Assembly: GCA_951406725.2 (NCBI GenBank)
Contig: OX597820.1
Location: 42,532,001 to 42,596,000 of the forward strand
DNA: 64,000 nucleotides
Reading direction: 5' to 3'
Source: Octopus vulgaris
Lineage: Eukaryota
The notes under the pieces: generated by a model
The model's database searches: none
What the model was told of the DNA's origin: nothing
What the model saw: the letters and a program-made list of their open reading frames with translations, nothing else
Shown: positions 28,116 through 40,613 of the stretch, one piece after another
Numbering within the stretch: position 1 is the stretch's first letter
Layout: every line of letters begins with the position of its first letter
Position numbers and translations under genes: made by a program

Positions 28116-28364
28116 TTGTTTGTGCTCATGTGTGTGGGTCAGTGTTTGTGTGTGTGTGCCTATACATGCCTGCATATACGTATGTATGTATGTGTGTGTT
28201 TGCATGTGTATGTATGTATATATGTGTTGTGTGAGTGTGTGTGTATGCACCTTTATTAACTGAGTTTGATAATACACACACACACACTCACTCTCTAGTT
28301 CTCTCTCTCTCTTTCAGTCACACACACATCCAATAACCCACAGTTTCTTTTTGTTTTACTCTCT

Positions 28365-28783
28365 CTTTTTTACTCTTTTACTCTTTTACTTGTTTCAGTC
28401 ATTTGACTGCGGCCATGCTGGAGCGCCGCCTTTAGTCGAGCAAATCGACCCCGGGACTTATTCTTTGTAAGCCCAGTACTTATTCTATCGGTCTCTTTTG
28501 CCGAACCGCTAAGTGACGGGGACGTAAACACACCAGCATCGGTTGTCAAGCAATGCTAGGGGGACAAACACAGACACACAAACTCACACATACATATATA
28601 TATATATATATACATATATACGACAGGCTTCTTTCAGTTTCCGTCTACCAAATCCACTCACAAGGCATTGGTCGGCCCGGGGCTATAGCAGAAGACACTG
28701 CCCAAGATGCCACGCAGTGGGACTGAACCCGGAACCATGTGGTTGGTTAGCAAGCTACTTACCACACAGCCACTCCTGCGCCT
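28365..28783 (-). mobile_element. Full-length tRNA-derived SINE, family B (CORE-like segment, central microsatellite)
   Basis: Minus strand head aggcgcaggagtggctgtgtggtaag (A box), gggttcagtccc (B box), ggcatcttgggcagtgtc, central (TA)/(TG) tract, tail gctccagcatggccgcagtcaaatgactgaaac + (GTAAAAGA)n. Confidence 0.92.
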
Positions 28784-28999
28784 ATAGTGGATAACGTTTA
28801 AACAAGCGATGCTTGTAAAGAAGACAAAAAGGAAAAGCACAAGGGGAATAACGCACGTAACAATAATTCGACGTCAAGCAGACGTAAACCTGATGTTAAG
28901 GGTTTATTAAGGGCCTGGTGGTCTACTTTTAATTTCCGACAAGATGTTTTGTTGTTGTTGTTGTTGTTGTTGTTATTGTTTTGTTGTTGTTTTTTTTTA

Positions 29000-30140
29000 A
29001 ATGTAGACATACAGATAAAATCGCGTTCCTTGAATTTATGCGTTCGTTAGAGGTTCCCGAGTGTTTTAATAGATGTAATTTTTAAAGTGAACCCACTGAA
29101 CATTTTCTAGACCCGTTAATATAGGGTCTGGATTTAGAGAGGATTCTCCATTTGATACCGAAATTGGTCCCTTCATCTTTCAGTTTCCGGATTAAAGCCG
29201 AAAGATTATTGAATACCGCTTATCAGCCAATTCGAAAGATGGTTGTTATATCTAGATTTAGAGAGTTATATCTGGATTTAGAGAGGATTCTCCATTTGAT
29301 ACCGAAATTGGTCCCTTCATCTTTTAGTTTCCGGATTAAAACCGAAAGATTATTGAATACCGCTTATCACGGTTCCTCCAATTCGAAAGATGGTTGTTAT
29401 ATCTAGATTTAAATTTTCCTTCCACGCCTCTGATATAACGTGTGATATTTATACGACCGTTGTCGTAGTTTGCTGAAACGCACGCATCACAAACAACGGA
29501 AGATATATAACACTCCAGTCCTAAATGATATTTTGGTTTGTCTCTATGCATCGGGCATAGGCTTGAGTCGTCCGTTGCTTACTGTACTGATATAAGATTT
29601 AACTTTAGAAGGACAGGAAAAAGTATCGTTTATAGTATATCTGTTAAAGATTTTGTTGCGTATATATGGGTTCTAGAGAAGTAGATATCTACTGAGTACA
29701 AGAATCTCCTATCTACATTTGTCCTAACGTTATAGGAGAAAGTGGGGAAAGCCATTAAAAAATTACGAAACCTATTCTTTCGACTAGGTGATAGAGAAGG
29801 TGTGGATTGTAGAAGATTTTATCAGTAAAGCCGCTATCCTGCAGAACCTTCTTATAATATGCGACAGCCTTTTCGAATATTTCTGGAAAAGAAGAAAAGC
29901 ATGTGATCCTACGGTTAATATTTGGAATTAGGTTTTTAAATAAAATACGTGGGTGACAGAAGTGTTTATTAATATATTCAAGGTACTCGCTAGATTTATG
30001 GAAGGACTTCTGTGTATTAGTTCTAGATGTTTTCTAATATATTTAAACTACGTAGCTATTTGCAAGATTTGTGGGCTTTATTTTAGGATTATCTTTACCG
30101 TCTTATCTGATCGAGAGCTTTTCTACTTGTTGAAATATTT
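29000..30140 (-). mobile_element. Penelope-like element pseudogene (RT thumb, linker, GIY-YIG)
   Basis: Minus-strand peptides EYINKHFCHPRILFKNLIPNINRRI, FSYNVRTNVDRRFL, KIFNRYTI, YIRGVEGKFKSRYNNHLS, KLKDEGTNFGIKWRIL, RPYINGSRKC, INSRNAILSVCLH in Penelope order. Confidence 0.85.
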
Positions 30141-30279
30141 CTACAAAACAAACACGCACGTGCGCACAGAGACGCACAACACACTCATATGTGTGTGTAT
30201 GTGTGTGTATGTGTGTTTATGTATCTATGTACATTCTGCGATTTCAAGGAGTTGCGTGCTTCCGTTTCAGCTCTCACGT

Positions 30280-30417
<138 letters not shown>

Positions 30418-30508
30418 TGAATTTCTGCTGAGGTAAAATCAAGATAAGGGTATTCCATCCGGTGAGAGATCAATATTGTTTAATGTACATAGTATATAGT
30501 TTCTTTCA

Positions 30509-30910
30509 AAGGTGGCGAGCTGGCTGAAACGTTAGCACGCCGGGCGAAATGCGTAGCCGTATTTCGTCTGCCGTTACGTTCTGAGTTCAAATTCCGCCGA
30601 GGTCGACTTTGCCTTTCATCCTTTCGGGGGTCGATGAATTAAGTACCAGTTACGCGCTGGGGTCGATATAATCGACTTAATCCGTTTGTCTGTCCTTGTT
30701 TGTCATCTCTGTGTTTAGCTCCATGTGGGTAGTAAAGAAATAGGTACTTCGTCTCTCTTTACGTTCTGAGTTCAAATTTCACGCAACAGACTTTACTTTT
30801 CATTCTTTGGGGGTCGATAAATTAAGTACCAGTTGCGTACTGGAGCTGATCTACACGACTGGCCCCGTCCCCTAAAATTTCGTCCCTTGTGCCTGGAGTA
30901 GAAAAAAATT
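30509..30910 (+). mobile_element. Family A SINE, dimeric/nested form
   Basis: Full head and body, extra tail ending gtgggtagtaaagaaata, then restart at ggtacttcgtc with a second B box and body and the standard ccttgtgcc..gagtagaaaa tail. Confidence 0.92.
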
Positions 30911-33311
30911 ATAGTTAATTTCAGTAACTTCTTACATGAGTCATTAATAATGTCTAATAGTTTTTAGGCAGGTAGCGATCTTCCGGCGCTGATTTGTCCT
31001 GTATTATAACTTGTATAGGATATGTGCTCAGTACTTGAAGATTATGAGTACTTGGAGACACTTGGCGTTTTACTAAAACCTGCCTAGAAAATATCTCTGA
31101 TGTATGAAACTATTAGTAGCGCATAAGTATATACTGTGTACATTAAATAGTAAAGATATAAATATATATGCACGCGTGTGTTTGTATGTGGAAATTTTTG
31201 TGTATGTGTATGTATGCATGCATGCCTGTATGTATGTATATATGTATGTATGCATGCATGTATGTATACGCTCAGACAATAATACACTCGGAAGGTAATA
31301 AAATTAAGAATGGAAAGAGAAAGAAGAGAATCGAAATGTGTTGGAGCACGTGTACGATGTCGGAAGATAGAAGAATGAAAAAAACACACATATATATATA
31401 ACAATACACACACACACACACATACGCCAACACAAATACACATGCATACACAAATGTTCACACACACACTCGATCGCGCATACATATATAAAAAATGACA
31501 GATATATAGAAAGATTGAGAGACAAATTTGTATTAGGTTTTGTGATCCAAAATACATCGCTTTAAAATTACTGAAATGAAATTAGTCACTGTTAATGTGG
31601 CATGTCGTCTTTGCAGTAATTCCATGCAATTCTCTAGGAATTATTCACTTGTCTATGAAAGTTATTCAATTTCATGTAGAATTAATGGTATTAGCAACTC
31701 ATTAACAATGTCAAACTTGCCTTCATTTCCCCTTTCATTTTATATGTCTTTCTTTTCCTCTTAAATTTATTCTCCGTGTTTCTTACTGTCGTATGCTCAT
31801 TCTTCCGTTCTTTCTTTCTTTCAATCACTATTTCTGTCTCCTCTACTTCGCCGTCTTGCTCTTATTTTATTTGAATTTATTTATCATTTCAAGTGTTATT
31901 ATTCTCCTTTTAGTTTTTTCTTTTATTTTATAAGGAATTGTTTACTGTATTTTCGTATTTTTTTAAATATATAAATCACTCATCCTCTCTATCTTTTCCT
32001 TTTATTCTCTCTCTGTTATACGCCTTTATGCAGATACATACAGATGTAAACGTACTTACATATATTTATTTATTTGCATACACACATACACACACGCAGA
32101 ATGTGTGTATATTTTCCTACCGATCGACATTCAGGACATGTAGAACATTCTGCGACTAGTCGATTATTCAGCAGGTATACAGTAAGACAAAGCCCTGCGA
32201 AGCTTTCCGATAAGTAGTACTTGGATACGAGGGAATGAATGAATGGAAGTAAAGAATTCAGAAGGTACACAAGTGTGATCTAACAAGCGTGTTTACGTAC
32301 AATATTAAGAATTCATTAACTCAGTGAAGTTTCTTACTTAGTACATTATGGTGCTAAGGAAATATGAGGTTAGAAAATTTAAAATTTAGGGACATTTGAG
32401 GAGGTCACTGGATATGCAGAAATCTTACGAAACTGGTCTTAATTTAAATGAAATAGAAAGTTATTCAGAGAGATACCACCGCTGTTCTAAATGTGTTTGT
32501 GGGATCTGAGTACGTGTATATTTATGAATGTATGTGTGTTTGGGGGCTGTGAAATCGTTATTAATTGCCATAGGGTCATGGAAACTTATTAGTGTTATCC
32601 ATGTAATGCAGTATTTTCTCCTCAAGGTGGAATAGTTGGTAGATAAATTGGCCCCTATGAGCAAACAGTGTGACGCTTTGTGGCTTCCCAATTAGCATCC
32701 TCTCTAAGCACACCTCACACTATAACACACGCGTGATAGCGGATAAGAACTTTGTGAGCCAATGTCTCCATAACCAATGTAGGAGAAGGGCCCCATCAAA
32801 ATTGCCAAACGCAATGAAAGAAGAAAATTACAGCGACGAGTTCCAGTTTTGTAAATCCTGCAGAAACACGCATCGAATCCAGCAGAAGCACTTGTCGAAT
32901 TGGAAGTTAATGACAATAATATTATAATATAGAGATTTTGAAGATGCATAATTCTCCATTCTCTTTTTGATGTCTTCATTATATACTCTTCATGGCGTAT
33001 GGAAAACAAATTTAGGACTTACCCATCGAAGTGTAATTATTCACCTAAAACAATGGAAGAACATTTTACAATTTGTCGTACTTCGACACAAAAATATTCA
33101 CAATCTTCCCTCTCAATAACCCACTATTTTCCCTGAAAGTTGTTCTTATATATTTACTACACATTGCTTGAAGCTAATTTCCTTCCTACACCTCGATTCA
33201 TGGATCTTATATATGTGCGTGTGTGAGAGAGGATTTATGTGTATGTATGTATGTATGTATGTATGTATGTATGTATGTATGTATGTATGTATGTATGTAT
33301 ATATGTATGTA

Positions 33312-33530
33312 TGTGTAATTCGGCTGGAGGACTTAAACGACATGCAAAGGTACATGAAGCCCAGTTACAATTACAGCCGGCTATTACCGGTAAAGGTTTT
33401 AGTTGCCAGTTCTGTACAAGACATTGTAGATCTTTAGCTGGGCTAAAAAGTCACATTCGATCACAGCACCAGTAACAGTTAAGCTTCGTGAAATGGCCAT
33501 ACTCGATAACGAAAGGGCAGCCATCATGTA
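33312..33530 (+). mobile_element. RTE-clade LINE extreme 3' fragment embedded in (ATGT)n
   Basis: CNSAGGLKRHAKVH...FSCQFCTRHCRSLAGLKSHIRSQH*; 3' end ggccatactcgataacgaaagggcagccatc + (ATGT)n. Confidence 0.75.
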
Positions 33531-34999
33531 TGTACGTATGTATGTATGTATGTATGTATGTATGTATGTATGTATGTATGTATGTATGTATGCATGCATG
33601 TATGTATGTATATGCGTGTAGCTTCTTTATGGTACCTTTTCTCTCCGATTATTATCGGTCTCACCTCCGTTATCTCTTTCACTGGATATCCCCCTAACTC
33701 TCTTCAGTCATCATTTTTTACCATAGACTAAGAATTCTGTCTTTCTCCCAGTTTCATTCGCTTCCTTTTGTTATAGTTATTTTGCTTACACTGTCCTCAT
33801 TGTTTCTATATGTACTCATCATATTACTGTTTTCTTGTCCCCCTTATGTTATCAACTGACGGAAAAGCATAGAAAAAAATAAGCAGACAAAATAATGGGA
33901 AATAAAACCCTAGTCTTCTTAATTTTCATCATTTATCTCACGCGCCTTTTTCCTTAATCTTTTTCTATACTCTGTATTCTCCAACTTTAAGAGTTTGTAC
34001 ATTTGTTTCAAAATTTATCCCCATTTCATTTTAACGCCCCCCTCTCTCTCTCTCTCTCTCTCTGCTTCTTCATCCTTCTCTAAATATTTCAGTTTTCCAT
34101 AGTAACTTTCTTGATCGTCCTTTCATTCTGTGACTTTCTCTACTTGTTTATTCCCTCGCCCCTCTATCCTTTTAAGAAAATTTTTTCAAAGCTTTTCTCT
34201 ATCTTCTACGTTTCTATTTTCCATGCGTCTCTCTCCTCAACAGACCAACACTTTATCTCTCTCTGCATTTCTACTCATTATTTCTCTAAACCTGATACTG
34301 TTTCATTCATTCAATCTTTGTATTTGCTTTTGTGTTTTTGCTCTTTTTTTTTACAGTTTCAATATTAGTTATTATTAACTAAAATTGAAATTAAAATTTT
34401 TTCAAAGAAAAAAATTCCATTCAATAAATAATAAAAGTAACAGCAACAAATTTCATATAAAAAGAAAAATCAACGCTTAGCATTACTTCACTTTAGAATA
34501 ATATTATACATTTTAATTGCTGATACGCTCCATTGAATTTAATCCATTGCCTTCTCCACTTGAAAAAATTATAATAGTGTCCATTTGACTGCACTACACC
34601 TATTAATTAGAGAACGTTGATTGCGATCAAGGGTCAGCTTTACACTAACATTGTACTAATACGATTGAAACACTATGCAGCTAGCTAGCTATTCAGGGAT
34701 TCTGCAGTTTGCAATATAAAGTGGTAACGTGGTTAGAAATGCCCAAAACTGAAGTGGGAAGGGGAAGATTAAAGAATTAAAAGTCGTGAAAGTTACAATT
34801 ATTATCAACTAGTGAAAATGAAAATTTCGAGGACAGAAGACATAGTAATCTGAAAGATAATGATAGTAATAACGATACCTTCATTAGCTAAAAAGGATTT
34901 GCAAAAAGATCGATTGTACAAAATGATACACTACAATAGAATGTTGGATTGCATAAAAGAGTGTGGAAAGTAAAATAACAGAACATAGAAACAAAAGCC

Positions 35000-35415
35000 T
35001 CACACAAGAAATGTCTCCAAAAGGCGAAGATTTCCTAGCGATGTTCCTGAAAACCTCACAAAACTAGGGAGAATACCCCTCTTTATCGTCCTCCCTGAAT
35101 CTACAGGCAAATATTTTGAGCAGAACCGTTCACTTGGGTCACTCTTGATACTCTCGTTCAGCGGCCAAAATATGTTCGAAGGCAGTATTTCACTCTCAAC
35201 GCACAATTTCTTATTCAAGCTCTACTTGAAAATACTTATGAGGGCTTGACCAAAGAGAAAGGTCCCCAGCAATTTCTGTTTGGTTCACCACGCAACAGAC
35301 CGATAAACACTGCATATCTTTCCCGGCAAAAGAAAGGCGTCAGGACGACCTTCCCGACAAAAGAAAGGTTGTAGGATGATGTTTACAAACGGACTCACTC
35401 GATAGCCAGATCCGA
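35000..35415 (-). mobile_element. Decayed L1/Tx1-like LINE ORF2 C-terminus
   Basis: Minus strand RIWLSSESV...TFLFGQALISIFK*SLNKKLCVESEIL resembles Tx1 ORF2 ends; heavily degraded. Confidence 0.5.
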
Positions 35416-35780
35416 ATAGTTCTTCCCATAATCTTTCGCACCCCTGTCTTTCCCTCTTTATTTCTTCCTTTTCATTGTCGTCTCTCGTTTCAATTCTGCT
35501 GTATTTTTCTATTCTTCCATCAGTATGTGCTTCCCTTTTTAGACGGTGTTTAAAATTTTCTTCTCTACATTTTAAGTTCCCTTGTTTTTTTTTATATTTT
35601 TCAACAAGCTGTTACTATGTTCTTTAAATCTACCTTCTAGATTTCATGGCGCGATGCTGTTATCGCATATCTTCGATAGAGAAAAGATGCCACTCTTATC
35701 GCGCAGGGAAATAAAGATGTTTGTCAACCTTCTTAGCTAAAATCTATTTGCACCTTAACTGCATCGGGAGAAAACTAAAA

Positions 35781-35992
35781 CTGAGTGGGTGCTGAAAATT
35801 TCCTTCCTTTGCATAAGAGAAAATACAGTAAAGTTCAGTTAATTACGATTTTATTCAACATATTCTCTCTAATTCACATTACAGCGGTCCTTCAATATTT
35901 CTAAGCTTTGTAAAAGAACTCGGAATGTTGCGCCTACAACCAGGCCTTTCGTGATAACTTTTAAATCAGGAACTTTTCAGCATCCCCTCGTA
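35781..35992. mobile_element. mariner-derived MITE
   Basis: Imperfect TIRs gagtgggtgctgaaaatttcct / aggaacttttcagcatcccctcg-TA. Confidence 0.8.
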
Positions 35993-37314
35993 TATAGAAA
36001 TGTTGCGCTGCCAGCATCTTAACTGCCATTTATAAGAAGAGAATGCAATGCGCTTGTGAATGTATGAGGCTTAGTTGCTACAGAGCTCGACTTACGACCA
36101 TAAGTTTGCGGGTTCAATTTCCGGACGTGGTTTCCCCAGCAGTTTATTTCCCGTAGCTCTAATTTACTCAGCTGCTATAATATTCGACTCCTGGTGGGGA
36201 ACTCCCTCCCTTCCTATACATCTATTTCACCTCCTTCTTTCTCTCCCTCTTTTTCTCTCTCTCCTTCTCTGTTCCTCTCTCTCTCTCTCTCTCTCTTTCG
36301 CTATCTACAATGCTGTATGTTCCTCAAGCTCAAAAGTAAGGAATGAGAGAGAATGTCAATGTCTACTCACGTCTACATAAGCACCTAAAATAATTAGCAG
36401 AAACATTGTATGTGTTCTTAGATCATCTTCATTGGCAAGGGAGAACGGGCTGTTCTTCACATACCCAATATATTAAATACAACTTCTTGCACATATAGGC
36501 ACACTGCTAGCTACGTACACTTTTTCATATACACAGGATGTGTCCTTGATAGTATATTAAATTAAAACTAACTAGCAAGACTTAAATTGACTCTGAACTA
36601 TATTATTTTAATATATAATGTCTTTATTTTGTTCATTCGTTTAAGATGTTCTTCCCGCCTTCTTTCTAAACCAAGTTCAAAGGACAGTAAATAACTTGAC
36701 TAAAATGTGAGGTGGAAATCCACGAGATGGTAGGAAGCCAGATCAACTGCGTAATATTTATGTTTCCATTCAGATTTGAATCAGATGTTACCGCATTTCC
36801 AGTTTCCACTCCTTTTCAGAATCATCAAACAACAAGCCAGTAATATGCTAGGATTCCTTCATCTACAAAGAATTAACTGTCTACTAAAAACCGAATCAAT
36901 CATAATACACACTGACAATTTCATGGAATGTAGGGAAAAGAAGTCATAATATTTATTGCATCTACCAAGAACTATTTTTTTTTTATGTTCATCAGAGATG
37001 AAGATGCCATTTCGGCGATAAAAGCCCAGTGACCTGACTAGCTTTTATTAAGCGCTTTTAAAATAAGATGAAGTCTATTTGTAAGTGAAGAATAAAATTT
37101 CTATGATATTTTCCACACATTTTAGAAAGTAATGAAATAGTTATACATGTTGAAAAAACAATTAAATATTTAGTTCGCCATGCTTATTGGATCTTGAATT
37201 TGAATCTAATTAGGATAAGCACGTGATGGTCGGTCTGCCATCACTCGTTATGCGGTAAACCTATCATCCATACAACAAACACAGCACCAAATAGTTAATT
37301 ATTGGTTGTTGTAG

Positions 37315-37578
37315 CACTGAGCAATTCTGTAGGTTTTTACTCCATTCTAAACGCTTTGCAACATTTTTTTCTCTTTTTTTTTTTTTTTTTTGAAAGTAGT
37401 GGTTTTCTGATTGCAGCCCTCCCATGAAATCCGGCTTTGTGCAGCTCTCGTCAAACAGTTTTTGTGGAAACTGGGTTGTCATTAAGCTCTGCAGTAATTT
37501 TGGGAGCTGTAATTTTGTGATCCTTTCTAACAATTCGCGTAAGAGTCTGACGCTCCCTATCTGAAAGTTTTAGTTTTC
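37315..37578 (-). mobile_element. Tc1 transposase fragment (DNA-binding region)
   Basis: RKLKLSDRERQTLTRIVRKDHKITAPKITAELNDNPVSTKTV*RELHKAGFHGRAAIRKPLLS..NVAKRLEWSK. Confidence 0.88.
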
Positions 37579-37652
37579 TACAACAGACAACAGACAGTTT
37601 TCTACAACAGACAAATAGATAGATAGATAGATAGATAGATAGACAGATAGAC

Positions 37653-37934
37653 AGGAATTCAAAGAAGCCCGTCTTGTGTGTGTGTAGGTGAGGTTAATTT
37701 AGAGGTTGCAACAACCGTGTAAGGGATATTTAGTATCCTATGAATCTACTGGTGTAGTGCCCATATTTAGTCATGACCATTGGTGTAAATGCTCATAAAT
37801 AATAAGTAATGACGAAAGTAAACTGGAGTTTATCAATATTCAAAGGCAAACAGAAAATGGAGATACAATCAATCGATAACGGTTGATGGAAATCAGCTGA
37901 TATCGATTGATTGTATCTCCATTTTCTGTTTGTC

Positions 37935-38020
<86 letters not shown>

Positions 38021-38236
38021 TGTGTATGCGTATCTCTATATCTGTGTTTGTCCCCCGTAAACCACCGGTGCTGGTGTGTTTAACTCCAATGGTTCAGCAA
38101 GAAAGACTGATAGTATAAGTACAAGACTTTAAAATAGTAAGCATTGGGGTCGATTTGATCGACTAAAACCATTCAAGGCAGTGATCCAGCATAGCTGCAG
38201 CCAAATGACTGAAATAAGTAAAAGAATAACAGAATA
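37653..38236 (+). mobile_element. Headless family B SINE interrupted in its central microsatellite
   Basis: ggaattcaaagaagcccgtc at 37653; 3' half at 38033-38236 (tgtgtttgtcccc..ggggtcgatttgatcgactaaa..aaatgactgaaataagtaaaagaata). Confidence 0.8.
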
Positions 38237-39368
38237 TAATAAAATCTCAGTGAAGCACAGTTGGAATATCGCTTATACTACGAGATCAAGTAAATGAATA
38301 AAGGTATTCTCGCATGTGAGGGCAGCATTTCTATATTTTATTCCAGATAACTGAGGTATTTTTAATTTATTTGTTTATTTTCGACTCTAATCAGGCGTTT
38401 GTGAAATCTAAACAACTTATCAGTAAGTAAATCTATGAAATTATGTGTCATCCTGATTAGAAAGAGTAAAGTAAGTTAATTAAATAAATCTAAATAATTA
38501 GTTAAGCTTACTAATGAGGCAGGTCAAAATAGAATTTTAAAAAAATATATATATAAAAGGAAAATACAGTTTGAATGAGGTGAAAAAATAATTTGAAGCT
38601 AAATGGAAGATCCTACAACAGATTACATTAACTGCGATTATTGAAGATCATGAGATGAATTCATCAAAGCCTGGTTAATTTGCTGGCAAACCGGGACGGC
38701 AACTTGGTTTCAATTTGCAGCGGAAATTGTCACATTCTATTTAAGCCTACACGAACGTCACAGATTGCATTTTACTCCCCGGAGCCTGTTAGGATTTATT
38801 CATCTACGAGAACAACAATGTTAAGGTTCTTCATTTTTAACTATCATATGAATATGTGGCCACAGTTCGATATCCTTTAGTGAGCAAATTCCTATTACAA
38901 AAGGATTTTCTCAGAAATAGCGTTATGCCAAATCAGGCGACAAGAAGCAATGATATAGTAGTGTTATCACCTGGAAGTGTTCACCTGACTAGTAAAGATA
39001 CTACGCCTTGCAGTATACCAAATGCATGTTATGAACACACCAACGACACTGTATTAGCAAATTTGGTTAGGCGTTCGAGCAAATGATTAATTTTTTAAGA
39101 TGCAGCGTGTATTTTAAGGATAATTTCGATGCAGTTTTTTAGTAGCAAGGTGTCACGTAGCGGTTCCTTGTTTCTTCTTGTATTGCAAAGTTTAAATGAA
39201 GTAAATCACTACTTTAATCAAAATTCGACTGCAAAAGCTAGCGCAGTATAACAGGAAAACAATAGAGTTGGTAAATATATCTCTGTTAACAGACGAAAGC
39301 AATGCACTTATCTGAATTCTTAATATTTGGGGAATACTGACAAGCGTTCATTTTCCAACAAGAAAAGG

Positions 39369-39432
<64 letters not shown>

Positions 39433-40174
39433 GTGCAGATACACGGGATTGGTTGCATATCTATAGACATTCATACATATATTTAGGGAGATATTTAGAT
39501 ATATATGCAGAACTACTTACAGAATTATGAACATGCTAGATTTTGACATAGAGTACAATAAAATAAATATATATAACATATAATAAAATAAGATTAAATG
39601 AAATAGGGTGAATAAATCAAACATGGGGGTAATATTGTTCCTAAATATGTAGGGTTATTAATGTTCATTTAAAGTGGGGGGATATCAATATCTGGAGGAA
39701 AGAACAGTAAGTATAGAATTAAGTCCAAATTCAAACAATTGCCAACAAATACATCCGTGGTATAAAAGGGGATAGAAGATAAAAAAAAAAACGAAAAAGA
39801 TAGATAAAGCTAAAATTGAAATTTAAATAAAATTTACAATTTGAAGTAGTTATCAGGGGTAAAACTAAGTTCTTTGTGTTGTGGAATACGTTATGATTGA
39901 AATAACTAGCATCAATACAAGGGATTAGATGATAATAGTATGGGGGAAAGGAAAATTGGTATAAAATGTAGATAGTTGATGTGTGGTGGTTAAAATATAA
40001 ACTTAGGAATAGGTTAGGAGGACGGGTTGTTTATATGAATACCTGCAAGAACCTCGTTAATTACAAACAAGACAAACCATAATCAAGGAGTAAGGTATAT
40101 ATCCTACGATTTACTGTCAGAGGTACTATTTGTATGCTGTGGGATTATTGGTACTATTTATAGTGCTTCTAATG

Positions 40175-40425
40175 TTACTCTTTTACTCTTTACTCTTTTA
40201 CTGGTTTCATTCATTTGACTGTGGCCATGTTGTAGCACCGCCTTTAGTCGAGCAAACCGACCCCAGGACCTATTCTTTGTCAGACTAGTACTGATTCTAT
40301 CGGTCTCTTATGCCGAACCGCTAAGTTACGGGGACCTAAACACACCAGCATCGGTTGTGAAGCGATGTTGGAGGGACAAACGCAGACACACAAACAAATA
40401 CACACATGCACACACATACACACAC

Positions 40426-40468
<43 letters not shown>

Positions 40469-40613
40469 TATACGACGGTCTTCTTTCTGTTACCGTCTAC
40501 CGAATCCACTCACAAGGCTTTGGTCGGCTCGAGGCTATAGTAGAAGACACTTGCCTAAGGTGACACGCAGTGGGACTGAACCGGGAACCATGTGGTTCGT
40601 AAGCAAGCTACTT
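40175..40613 (-). mobile_element. Near full-length family B SINE
   Basis: Colinear with 28365-28783. Confidence 0.92.

Noticed and set aside
28700-28783. tRNA gene
   Set aside because: A/B boxes continue into the SINE body and no full cloverleaf is evident; the same applies to family A heads and 36068-36130.
33239-33475. Possible host C2H2 zinc-finger gene (a family expanded in octopus)
   Set aside because: No TGEKP linkers or splice context; followed by an RTE-type 3' end, as at 5784-6047.
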